Positions 24,983-32,519 of a DNA stretch of 64,000 nucleotides are shown here, piece by piece. Position 1 is the stretch's first letter. Every line of letters begins with the position of its first letter. Made by a program: the position numbers and the translations under genes. The stretch is taken from positions 1 through 64,000 of IMG/VR virus record IMGVR_UViG_3300027541_000009; one strand, 5' to 3'. The notes below the pieces were generated by a model, which saw only the letters and a program-made list of their open reading frames with translations, ran no database searches and had not been told where the DNA came from.

Positions 24983-25004
24983 GAACGGAGTTCAGACAAA
25001 CGCA

Positions 25005-25679
25005 ATGGATCGCACCCAAGTTATTGCAAAGATTCAGTCGATTCTGAAACTGAAAGAAAACACCACGTTTGATAGTGAAGCAGATGCTGCTGCAAAGATG
25101 ATTGATAAACTTTGCAAGCAATATGGTGTAACTATCGGTGAAGCAACTGAAACTCAAGTTTTTGATGAGGAGTTTGCATCATTCAAACGTCTAAATACTG
25201 CACTTTCTCTTCTTCTCAATGCTGTTGCTACTTTCTATGATGCAAAAGCATATTTGAAGAATGGTGATAACAAGTCTCTGCAAGTGATCGGTAGTGAAGC
25301 ACAACAGATTCAAGTGCGACTCTATTATGATTACCTTGTTCAGGTGATGGAGAAAGAGGCAGAAGTTGCACATAAAGCAGAGAAAGTTATGGCAGAACTG
25401 ACTGGTGCAACTGTATCTCGTAGTTTCAAGATTAACTTCCGTAAAGCATTTGCAGAAAAAGTTTTTGAACGTCTGCAAGATATGAAACGTGAAGAAAATC
25501 GAGTACATGATGATGCAGAAGCAGTCGATAAGAAACTTTCTACGATGCGATTCGGTCGTGCTCGCAGAATGAATGGTGCTAACGGTGCTGGTGCTTTTGC
25601 TGGTTCAAACGTTGGTGCTGGTGTATCTCTGAACCGTCAAGCATCTGGTTCTGTTGCAAAACAACTGTGTGGAGTGTGA
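25005..25679 (+). CDS. DUF2786-domain protein
   Basis: IAKIQSILKL..NTTF..EADAAAKMIDKL..QYG; start moved downstream of the promoter. Confidence 0.7.
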   Translation: MDRTQVIAKIQSILKLKENTTFDSEADAAAKMIDKLCKQYGVTIGEATETQVFDEEFASFKRLNTALSLLLNAVATFYDAKAYLKNGDNKSLQVIGSEAQQIQVRLYYDYLVQVMEKEAEVAHKAEKVMAELTGATVSRSFKINFRKAFAEKVFERLQDMKREENRVHDDAEAVDKKLSTMRFGRARRMNGANGAGAFAGSNVGAGVSLNRQASGSVAKQLCGV

Positions 25680-25719
25680 GTTAATCTCACTTCCTTCTTT
25701 TCCTTTTATTCTTAATATC

Positions 25720-26043
25720 ATGAACGCACAAATGACTGTTGATGAATGTAAAGTAATGTGGGTTGTTGGAGCACTCGAACGACTTGCAACTTTGGGTTTG
25801 ATTGGTGCTGATATTCCATTGAAACTTACTGCTAATGCAGTAGAAGATTATCTTGAAATTGATGAGCACAGGGAACTTCTGTTCGATTCTGATTTTGAAA
25901 TTGCAAGTATTTTCAATGCGATTGCCAATGATGAAACTGACACAGATCCAGATGACATTAAACCAATGATTGAACTTCTTCTGGAGTATAAGAACAACCG
26001 AACTGAGGTTGTAAAGTATGCACTGTCCCAACAATTTGTTTGA
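25720..26043 (+). CDS. hypothetical protein
   Basis: Start moved to ATG 25720. Confidence 0.7.
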   Translation: MNAQMTVDECKVMWVVGALERLATLGLIGADIPLKLTANAVEDYLEIDEHRELLFDSDFEIASIFNAIANDETDTDPDDIKPMIELLLEYKNNRTEVVKYALSQQFV

Positions 26044-26387
26044 TTATCATGACACAAACTGTAACTCTTAAATTTAATCTTACACAAGAAGATTTCGAAG
26101 ACATTATTGATGCTGCAGGTTACTCGATTGGTTACTGGGCAACCGAAGGATTTATAACTGGAGAAACATACAATTTGATTGATGCTGAGTTTGAAACATT
26201 TGAAATCACCAAAGATCAAGTTGAACTTGCCATGGCAAATGTAGTCAATGGTGAGTATGATGTTTCTAAAACCATTCAAGAAAGTGTAACAAATGCCATT
26301 ACACAAAATGAGTTTGGTGAGATTGATGGTGATTGTGCAGATGTATTGATTCAACTCTGCTGTTTTGATGAAATTGTCTATGCTTGA
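26040..26387 (+). CDS. acidic hypothetical protein
   Basis: C-terminal D.DCADVLIQL..FDEIVY. Confidence 0.7.
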   Translation: MIIMTQTVTLKFNLTQEDFEDIIDAAGYSIGYWATEGFITGETYNLIDAEFETFEITKDQVELAMANVVNGEYDVSKTIQESVTNAITQNEFGEIDGDCADVLIQLCCFDEIVYA

Positions 26388-26404
26388 GTGAGTTGTTGAT
26401 GTCA

Positions 26405-26463
26405 TGTGCCACTTGTTTTAGTGGCACAATAAATGAGCACAGACCCCTCTGGGGTGCTATAGT
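26405..26463 (+). promoter_or_regulatory. early promoter
   Basis: TGTGCCAC-N8-GTGGCACA, 41.5 bp before TATAGT. Confidence 0.85.
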
Positions 26464-26487
26464 GAACGGAGTTCACAAGGATGAGGA

Positions 26488-27066
26488 ATGACCACTTTCA
26501 CCATCAATAAAAAGGGTCAAGAAATCTCTTTTGAGAGCAAGTTTAATACTTTGGAAGATGTAAAGTCTTATCTTGCTGAAAATGTCAAATATAATGATTT
26601 TGTCGATAGTTTATTATCCAAGAAAAGTGTATCTGTATCGCAAGTTTCTTGGATGCACTATCTCGCAACTCAAAGTGTGATTGATTCTGAAACTCCAGTT
26701 GAGTTTGGACCTTACAAGCAACTGGTCAACAAAATGTATGATGCAGGTGCTTATCGTGCCAGCAAGTTTCAAGTGAGACTGCCTGGAATTACTCTGAGCA
26801 CTGTAACTAAAGGTGCCAACATTGGTTGTATTTATCTCTTTGAAAACAACTATTATGTTGGTAAGATTACTGCTACTGGTGAACTGAAAGGTAATGTCAG
26901 TGATGATGTAAAGAATTTGCTAGAAGATGCCAATGATAATCTTCTGCAACTGGCAAAGATTTATGGACATGAGACTGGTTCTTGTTCAATTTGTGGTCGC
27001 ACACTAAATGATCCACTCTCTATTCAAATGGGAATTGGTCCTATTTGTGCAAAACGTTTCTCCTGA
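26488..27066 (+). CDS. protein with C-terminal DUF6011-like zinc ribbon
   Basis: CSICGRTLNDPLSIQMGIGPIC. Confidence 0.75.
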   Translation: MTTFTINKKGQEISFESKFNTLEDVKSYLAENVKYNDFVDSLLSKKSVSVSQVSWMHYLATQSVIDSETPVEFGPYKQLVNKMYDAGAYRASKFQVRLPGITLSTVTKGANIGCIYLFENNYYVGKITATGELKGNVSDDVKNLLEDANDNLLQLAKIYGHETGSCSICGRTLNDPLSIQMGIGPICAKRFS

Positions 27067-27082
27067 TTTTTAATTCTAAAAA

Positions 27083-27265
27083 ATGACAAATTTTAATCGT
27101 GACCAACTGATTTCTGATTATGTTGATCAGATTCTTGATAACATGACTACCAAAGATTTGATGCAAATTGTTGGTAGTCAACTCGAAGAAAATCTTGAAT
27201 CTTATTCTGATGAAGAACTTCTAACTGAAATTGGTGATCATTACCCAGAACTTCTAACTGACTGA
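27083..27265 (+). CDS. acidic hypothetical protein
   Basis: ORF track. Confidence 0.7.
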   Translation: MTNFNRDQLISDYVDQILDNMTTKDLMQIVGSQLEENLESYSDEELLTEIGDHYPELLTD

Positions 27266-27287
27266 TTCTTTATTTTTTCATAGAATA

Positions 27288-27536
27288 ATGTTTGATCAAC
27301 TTGTGTTTGAAGCACATCAGATTCCTGGTGCAATTCAAGGAAAGTATAAGTTCAGCAATGATTGGAGTATTTCTGTTGTTGCTGGACTTCCTGGAAGTGG
27401 ATTGTATGGAAATGTGACTGATAACACTTATGAGGTTGCAATCTTCCGACCGAATGGTAACATGACTGAAGATGTAATTGGTTGGAATACTAAAGAGGAA
27501 GTAAGTGCAATGATGAAAGTTCTTGTGCATCTGTAA
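27288..27536 (+). CDS. hypothetical protein
   Basis: YKFSNDWSISVV...G.YG...YEVAI pattern. Confidence 0.7.
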   Translation: MFDQLVFEAHQIPGAIQGKYKFSNDWSISVVAGLPGSGLYGNVTDNTYEVAIFRPNGNMTEDVIGWNTKEEVSAMMKVLVHL

Positions 27537-27581
27537 GCATACCCATCAGGGATGCTGATAGGTAGAAGAACCGTAGACCCC

Positions 27582-27610
27582 TTGACAAGCACCCAGATTG
27601 GTGCTATGAT
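27582..27610 (+). promoter_or_regulatory. canonical sigma70 promoter without a clear upstream box
   Basis: TTGACA-N17-TATGAT. Confidence 0.85.
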
Positions 27611-27625
27611 GAACGGAGTTCAGAG

Positions 27626-27862
27626 ATGAGTCAAGTGACTTCTTTCAGTCAAGTGTTTGAGAAAGAGATTGAAACTGCCTGGAATGAAACTGTTTCTGAT
27701 CTGACTCCTGAACAGAAAAAAATGCTGATGAACTCTACTCCTCAAGATTGGGCACAAGCAATTTCTGATTGTGCGAAAAGTCCTGAGTTTTGGATGAGTG
27801 TTGGTGCTGCATTTGTAACTGGAATTGCTCAAGGTTTCAGTAATGCAATGAATGACCTGTAA
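27626..27862 (+). CDS. hypothetical protein
   Basis: ORF after promoter. Confidence 0.7.
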   Translation: MSQVTSFSQVFEKEIETAWNETVSDLTPEQKKMLMNSTPQDWAQAISDCAKSPEFWMSVGAAFVTGIAQGFSNAMNDL

Positions 27863-27896
27863 GGTATCATCCACTCACCTGAGTCCAATGATACAA

Positions 27897-27956
27897 TGTG
27901 CCACCTGTAGCACTGGCACAATACACCCCCCAAACCCCTGCTGGGGATGCTATGAT
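27897..27956 (+). promoter_or_regulatory. early promoter
   Basis: TGTGCCAC-N8-CTGGCACA; TGC-TATGAT. Confidence 0.85.
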
Positions 27957-27980
27957 TACGAAGTAATCAAGGATGACCTG

Positions 27981-28154
27981 ATGACTGCTGCACAACGGAT
28001 GGAAAAGCAATTCTTTTGCAATTTCATTTCTCTTATCAATGAGGTGCAAGGTAAGCAGAAACTTCCTTCTCAACTGAAAGGAAATCGTAAATCTGCTTGG
28101 TGCAAACAAAGCAAAAATCCCAAGCAAAAGAAAGATGCACTCTCCCGAGTTTGA
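27981..28154 (+). CDS. basic hypothetical protein
   Basis: Start moved to ATG 27981 (after promoter, AAGGA SD). Confidence 0.7.
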   Translation: MTAAQRMEKQFFCNFISLINEVQGKQKLPSQLKGNRKSAWCKQSKNPKQKKDALSRV

Positions 28155-28161
28155 TTTCAAA

Positions 28162-28338
28162 ATGATTCAATCCATTGCTGAAATGATTGTAGAATCAAAA
28201 GATGATTCTCAAACTGCAATCAACATTCAAGAGATGCACAAAACACAAGAAGGTGCAGAAACTCTACGATTGATTGTAAGAGATAACATTGCAGGTGCTG
28301 GTGATATAATTGCCAATGCACTTTGGAATCAACTCTAA
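28162..28338 (+). CDS. hypothetical protein
   Basis: ATG 28162. Confidence 0.6.
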   Translation: MIQSIAEMIVESKDDSQTAINIQEMHKTQEGAETLRLIVRDNIAGAGDIIANALWNQL

Positions 28339-28793
28339 ATCCCATCTGTCCCACATAAACAACAAAAACTCATGATTCTTCGATTTACGCAAGACATTCA
28401 GACCAAACAAACTGTTTATGTTGTGTGTGATAATGATGGAACACCCAAAACATTAACAACTGATATTACAAAAGCAATTCAATTGACACAATCAAAATGA
28501 CAATAATTGCATTGATTGGATTGATTGTTTTACTCATCATTGGTTATTCACTTTTATCCATTTAATGATTACATTTGCCTGGATACTTCTTATAGGAAAG
28601 ACTCTTACAGCAATCTGGGCATTAAGTTTAGTATGGAAAGAGTATCAAAATTACAAAAAGAAAAAGGCACATTATGACTGAAGAAACACTGAATCTCTTT
28701 ATTGAACAAGAAGAGAAAAGACAATATATTGAAGAAGCAGAAAAGTTGAATATCACTGTTGAATACTACATTCTTGAGTTTCTAAACTGACTT

Positions 28794-29048
28794 ATGACAT
28801 ACAAACAATTCCTTGATCTAGCAACACAATATCATCAACAATATCCAGAGATGAGGAAAGGTCAAGCATTTATGAATTGTCTTTATCAAGTCAATCCATA
28901 CTTGCATGATTTAATCTCCACTACTGAGTTTGATTGTTTTTATGATAACTCACGTTATTGGAACTTTCTTCAAATCGTAGAAAAAAACATTACTGATCAA
29001 GTAGAAAACAAACGTTTTAACTTACCAAAAGTAATTAAATTGTATTGA
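28794..29048 (+). CDS. hypothetical phage protein (RxGQA motif)
   Basis: EMRKGQAFMNCL...DCFYD. Confidence 0.65.
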   Translation: MTYKQFLDLATQYHQQYPEMRKGQAFMNCLYQVNPYLHDLISTTEFDCFYDNSRYWNFLQIVEKNITDQVENKRFNLPKVIKLY

Positions 29049-29148
29049 TTATTACTTGTTTAAAAATGTATTAAAAAATATATTGTTGTGTTTATATTAG
29101 TCTGATAAGATGTTGTATAAATACTCTGTTTTATTTGCCTCTGTACTG

Positions 29149-29202
29149 CCTTATAGACTCTATCTATTCCCTTATAGACTCTATCTATTCCCTTATAGAC
29201 TC
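29149..29202. repeat. 21-bp tandem repeat (about 2.6 copies)
   Basis: CCTTATAGACTCTATCTATTC at 29149 and 29170, partial at 29191. Confidence 0.95.
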
Positions 29203-29254
29203 TTATGAGTACCTCAATTAAATGGTGATATTTATAGTCATCTAAGGCTGCATA

Positions 29255-29283
29255 AGTATAGCACACCTCTAAAAATCTGTCAA
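29255..29283 (-). promoter_or_regulatory. minus-strand sigma70 promoter
   Basis: Reverse complement reads TTGACA-N17-TATACT with TGC extension. Confidence 0.8.
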
Positions 29284-29316
29284 CCCCCCACAAAAACTCT
29301 AAGAACCCAGCAAAAG

Positions 29317-29434
29317 TTTTCCACAGGTTTCGGAGTAAACTCAGTGTTTGCAATGCTTTATAAGAATTGCCCTGTGGAAAACTTTATAAAATCTGTGGAA
29401 AAACCTGTGGAAAACTATGTCAACCTGTGGAAAA
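29317..29434. repeat. cluster of five TTTTCCACA (cyanobacterial DnaA-box consensus) 9-mers
   Basis: TTTTCCACA at 29317; TGTGGAAAA at 29373, 29394, 29406, 29426. Confidence 0.85.
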
Positions 29435-29467
29435 CTATTAGAATCTCAGCATGAGTCTCTGATGTGG

Positions 29468-29525
29468 TGTGCCACTTGTGAAACTGGCACAGTAAATGAG
29501 CACAGACCCCGATCTGTGGTATTAT
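29468..29525 (+). promoter_or_regulatory. early promoter
   Basis: TGTGCCAC-N8-CTGGCACA; TGG-TATTAT. Confidence 0.8.
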
Positions 29526-29577
29526 TAAAGGGTGGAGGGAGTGCCCACCACAAGTTCACAACACTAACTCAAACAAA

Positions 29578-29721
29578 ATGCAAGTTCAACTCTCCCGTGA
29601 TCTGATGCTTGGTATGCTTCGCAAGGGGCAGATTGGTTCTCAGATTCTTGCAATTCTTGATGTAATTACTTCCATGGACCCTGAGACTTCTGAGGATGAG
29701 GAAGTGCCTGCTGCTGCCTGA
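29578..29721 (+). CDS. small protein, MLGMLRKG family (47 aa)
   Basis: Translated by hand: MQVQLSRDLMLGMLRKGQIGSQILAILDVI... Confidence 0.75.
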   Translation: MQVQLSRDLMLGMLRKGQIGSQILAILDVITSMDPETSEDEEVPAAA

Positions 29722-29786
29722 TAAGATCGTTCATCACTTCGATATAATGCAACATCGTTCACTATATCTGTGGTGAAATCATTATC

Positions 29787-30217
29787 TTCGTGGTACAATG
29801 CATCATGAACAGTTCGTCTATGAAGTTCGTTATTAAACAACCTCTGAGACAATGAACTTCGTGGTAATTCTCATACGTGGGGGACTTCGTTATTCTGAAC
29901 TCCCAGAGAGTTACTGAGTTTCATACATTTGCCGCAGTATAATACAAACTGTTCGTCCATTAAGTTTTCTTAATGTATGGACAGTTTTTTATACTATTGA
30001 CAGCACATAGAAGTTCGTGGTATAATCTTAGGGCAATCAGTTCGTTATATGAATTGTAGTTGCTTCGTGATTGTGTTTTTATGATGAAGTTCGTCAGTAT
30101 TTCATACGTGGGGGACTTCGTTATAAAAATCACACAGTATTGTTAATATCTTATACGTGGGGGTGTTGGGTATAAAAATCACTCTTCGTTGTTATACACG
30201 AATAACGAAGTCTTCGT
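29787..30217 (+). repeat. TTCGT array with 23-bp direct repeats
   Basis: 13 TTCGT on + strand; TCATACGTGGGGGACTTCGTTAT at 29871 and 30102. Confidence 0.85.
29997..30026 (+). promoter_or_regulatory. sigma70 promoter in ORF-free region
   Basis: TTGACA-N18-TATAAT with TGG extension. Confidence 0.7.
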
Positions 30218-30540
30218 TGATTCTTATTAAACAGCACTGTTTAATTCTTATTGGCAGTTATTTCTGATTGTTGTTGATTGTTATTATAAACCGATGCCCC
30301 CGATATATAAAAACAAGGGTCCCTTATAAGCTATAAACGTTCACCAACGGGCATTCAATTGTCACTCACTTAAAAAAATTCCGAGGGATAAAAAGAAGTT
30401 TCAAAACCTCGTGCCCTAAAAAAATTTTCCGAGAAAATTTGAGAATTCTGTAAGATTTTTGCAAGGGGGGCACCTCTCAGAAAAGTCGAAGAATCAGAAT
30501 TACTATATAATCTTTGAAAAGATGTAAAGAAGAATAAAAC

Positions 30541-30693
30541 ATGGAATTAAATTTCGATGAATACGAGAGAGACTTGCTGATTGATACAATTCAGTATAGA
30601 TTAGAATCTGACGAGGAGTTAATTTTAAGTGAGAGTTTGAAGGATGAATTACAGGACCTTCTCAGAAAAGTAGAAGACGATGAATACTTATAA
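30541..30693 (+). CDS. small acidic protein (50 aa)
   Basis: Translated by hand: MELNFDEYERDLLIDTIQYRL... Confidence 0.6.
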   Translation: MELNFDEYERDLLIDTIQYRLESDEELILSESLKDELQDLLRKVEDDEYL

Positions 30694-30844
30694 TGTATCA
30701 GTAAATGGTAAAGAAGTACTTACACAAATACATTCAGAGGAACTTGAAGGATCTCTTAAAATATTGAGAGGATTGGTATGGGCATCTGGTGGATCTGATA
30801 AGGATATTGAAGTATTTCTAAATAACACAGACACGACGACTTGA
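30680..30844 (+). CDS. hypothetical protein (54 aa)
   Basis: Translated by hand; overlaps upstream ORF. Confidence 0.55.
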   Translation: MNTYNVSVNGKEVLTQIHSEELEGSLKILRGLVWASGGSDKDIEVFLNNTDTTT

Positions 30845-30886
30845 CTTGTTGTGGTATAATAAAAGTAGTTAATCAATGAAATTTTT

Positions 30887-31633
30887 ATGGCAAAAGGTTT
30901 TACAGTAAAAGCAAAAAGTCCTGAAGTATCTTCTGACGAGTTTGATATCAGTGCAGCAAAAGAATCAATTAGAGGTAAGTCGATTGTATTCTGTTTACCT
31001 GGACGGGGAGTTTCATATACATATTTGAAGAATTTTGTTCAGTTGTGTTTTGATCTTGTACAGAATGGTGCGAGCATTCAGATCTCACAAGATTATTCTT
31101 CCATGGTGAACTTTGCACGTTGTAAAGTACTAGGTGCAAATGTTCTTCGTGGACCAAAGCAAGTACCTTGGGATGGAAAACTTGCATATGACTACCAGTT
31201 GTGGATTGATAGTGATATTGTTTTCAGTACTGAAAGTTTCTATCGTCTCGTTGCAATGGATAAAGACATTGCTGCTGGTTGGTACTGCACAGAAGATGGA
31301 AAAACCACGTCTGTTGCCCACTGGCTCGAGGAAGATGACTTCAAGAATAATGGTGGAGTTATGAATCACGAGACTCTTGAGAGCATTTCTCGTCGTAAAA
31401 AACCCTTTACGGTTGATTATACGGGATTTGGATGGGTTCTGATTAAGAAAGGTGTCTTCGAATCTCTTGAGTATCCCTGGTTTGCACCGAAGATGCAGGT
31501 CTTTGATAGTGGAGAGGTTCAAGATATGTGTGGAGAGGACGTTTCGTTCTGTCTCGATGCAAAAGAAGCAGGTTTTGAGATTTGGTGCGATCCTCGTATT
31601 AGAGTTGGACATGAAAAGACTCGGATTATCTGA
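30887..31633 (+). CDS. GT-A-fold glycosyltransferase-like protein (cyanophage conserved)
   Basis: WIDSDI DxD motif, TGFGWVLIKKGVFE, GEDVSFC, VGHEK. Confidence 0.7.
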   Translation: MAKGFTVKAKSPEVSSDEFDISAAKESIRGKSIVFCLPGRGVSYTYLKNFVQLCFDLVQNGASIQISQDYSSMVNFARCKVLGANVLRGPKQVPWDGKLAYDYQLWIDSDIVFSTESFYRLVAMDKDIAAGWYCTEDGKTTSVAHWLEEDDFKNNGGVMNHETLESISRRKKPFTVDYTGFGWVLIKKGVFESLEYPWFAPKMQVFDSGEVQDMCGEDVSFCLDAKEAGFEIWCDPRIRVGHEKTRII

Positions 31634-31666
31634 GAATCTTTCTTGACGAACGTTTCTGAAACTGTT

Positions 31667-31694
31667 AAAGTGTCTTTCATAAGGCACTTTTTTT
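31667..31694 (+). terminator. intrinsic terminator
   Basis: AAAGTGTCTT-TCAT-AAGGCACTTT plus T run; overlaps a TTGACG-N17-TAAAGT promoter-like element. Confidence 0.7.
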
Positions 31695-31776
31695 ATTCTG
31701 ATGTGTTCTTATTGCGTTTTTAAGTCTTATATGCGTTAAAAATGCGTTAAAAAAACCAAATTGGAGATATTGAAGT

Positions 31777-31911
31777 ATGGCAATGAATAAAAAAACGATG
31801 AAGATCGAACCAAATCCCAAAAATACTCGACAGGGACAAGGTAAAAACACAAAATATGCTGCAACTTCACGAAATCGAGCAAAAAAAGCATATCGTGGAC
31901 AAGGAAGGTGA
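31777..31911 (+). CDS. small basic protein (44 aa)
   Basis: GGAG SD; translated by hand, ends KKAYRGQGR. Confidence 0.7.
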   Translation: MAMNKKTMKIEPNPKNTRQGQGKNTKYAATSRNRAKKAYRGQGR

Positions 31912-32511
31912 ATGTATTGTCTTGAAGGGAACGACGAGTGGACTCAATTAGACCCTCAAGACATCTGGGTATACAATAAATTACAACTAAGTGCCCTTTT
32001 AGGGTATCAATGTGGTCCCGTAGGAACGTCCGTACCTTCCTCGGGACTTTATATTGTCCGTCCAGTGATGAATTTCTTAGGAATGGGTCGTAATTCTCGA
32101 ATCGAATACTTAAAAAGTAGTACCGATCACCTACATCCAGGTGAATTTTGGTGTGAAGTCTTTAAAGGTGAGCACTTAAGTGTTGATTTTTACAAAAAAG
32201 AATGTGTTTTAGTCGTAAAGGGTCATAAAAATCATAAAAATCCACTATATAAATGGTCATGTTGGTCTAAAATTAATAAGATAATCGGATTTCCTCCGAT
32301 TTTGTCTTCATTAATTGGAAATTATGAGTGGATTAACTGTGAATTTATAGGAAATAAGTTAATTGAGGTGCAATTGCGTCGAAATCCAGATTTTCGATAT
32401 GAAAATACGATTGCAATACCTGTATGGAAGGGTGAAAAAGTTAAAAATATGAAAAATTATCGTTTTATTTCTGATCCTGACTATCAGAGAGAAGGATTTT
32501 ATGTAAAATAA
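31912..32511 (+). CDS. hypothetical protein with ATP-grasp-like motifs
   Basis: YIVRP...GMG; EVFKGEHLSVD; INCEF...LIEVQLR. Confidence 0.5.
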   Translation: MYCLEGNDEWTQLDPQDIWVYNKLQLSALLGYQCGPVGTSVPSSGLYIVRPVMNFLGMGRNSRIEYLKSSTDHLHPGEFWCEVFKGEHLSVDFYKKECVLVVKGHKNHKNPLYKWSCWSKINKIIGFPPILSSLIGNYEWINCEFIGNKLIEVQLRRNPDFRYENTIAIPVWKGEKVKNMKNYRFISDPDYQREGFYVK

Positions 32512-32519
32512 ATACTAAA

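Noticed and set aside
24924-25004. N-terminal extensions of ORFs 11376, 13901, 23833, 24402, 24924 and 27852 in the ORF track
   Set aside because: These extensions translate through promoter cassettes; downstream ATGs after the predicted TSS are more plausible.
106-28160. Minus-strand and alternate-frame ORFs of 60-190 aa in the early region
   Set aside because: They overlap tightly coupled + strand genes, are rich in Phe/Ile (mirror of Glu/Lys/Asp codons) and lack promoters or SD sequences.
29060-29353. Minus-strand ORF with VYKGIDR repeats
   Set aside because: The peptide repeat is just the translation of the 21-bp DNA repeat. The ORF has a non-ATG start upstream of the minus-strand promoter and no SD.
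3487-29525. Recurrent palindromic repeat as a CRISPR array or REP/IS ends
   Set aside because: Copies are degenerate, separated by whole genes at irregular distances and always tied to a -10 element; no cas or transposase genes are seen.
31705-31755. Three TGCGTT words upstream of the 44-aa basic ORF
   Set aside because: Short, irregularly spaced and in low-complexity sequence; too weak to call.
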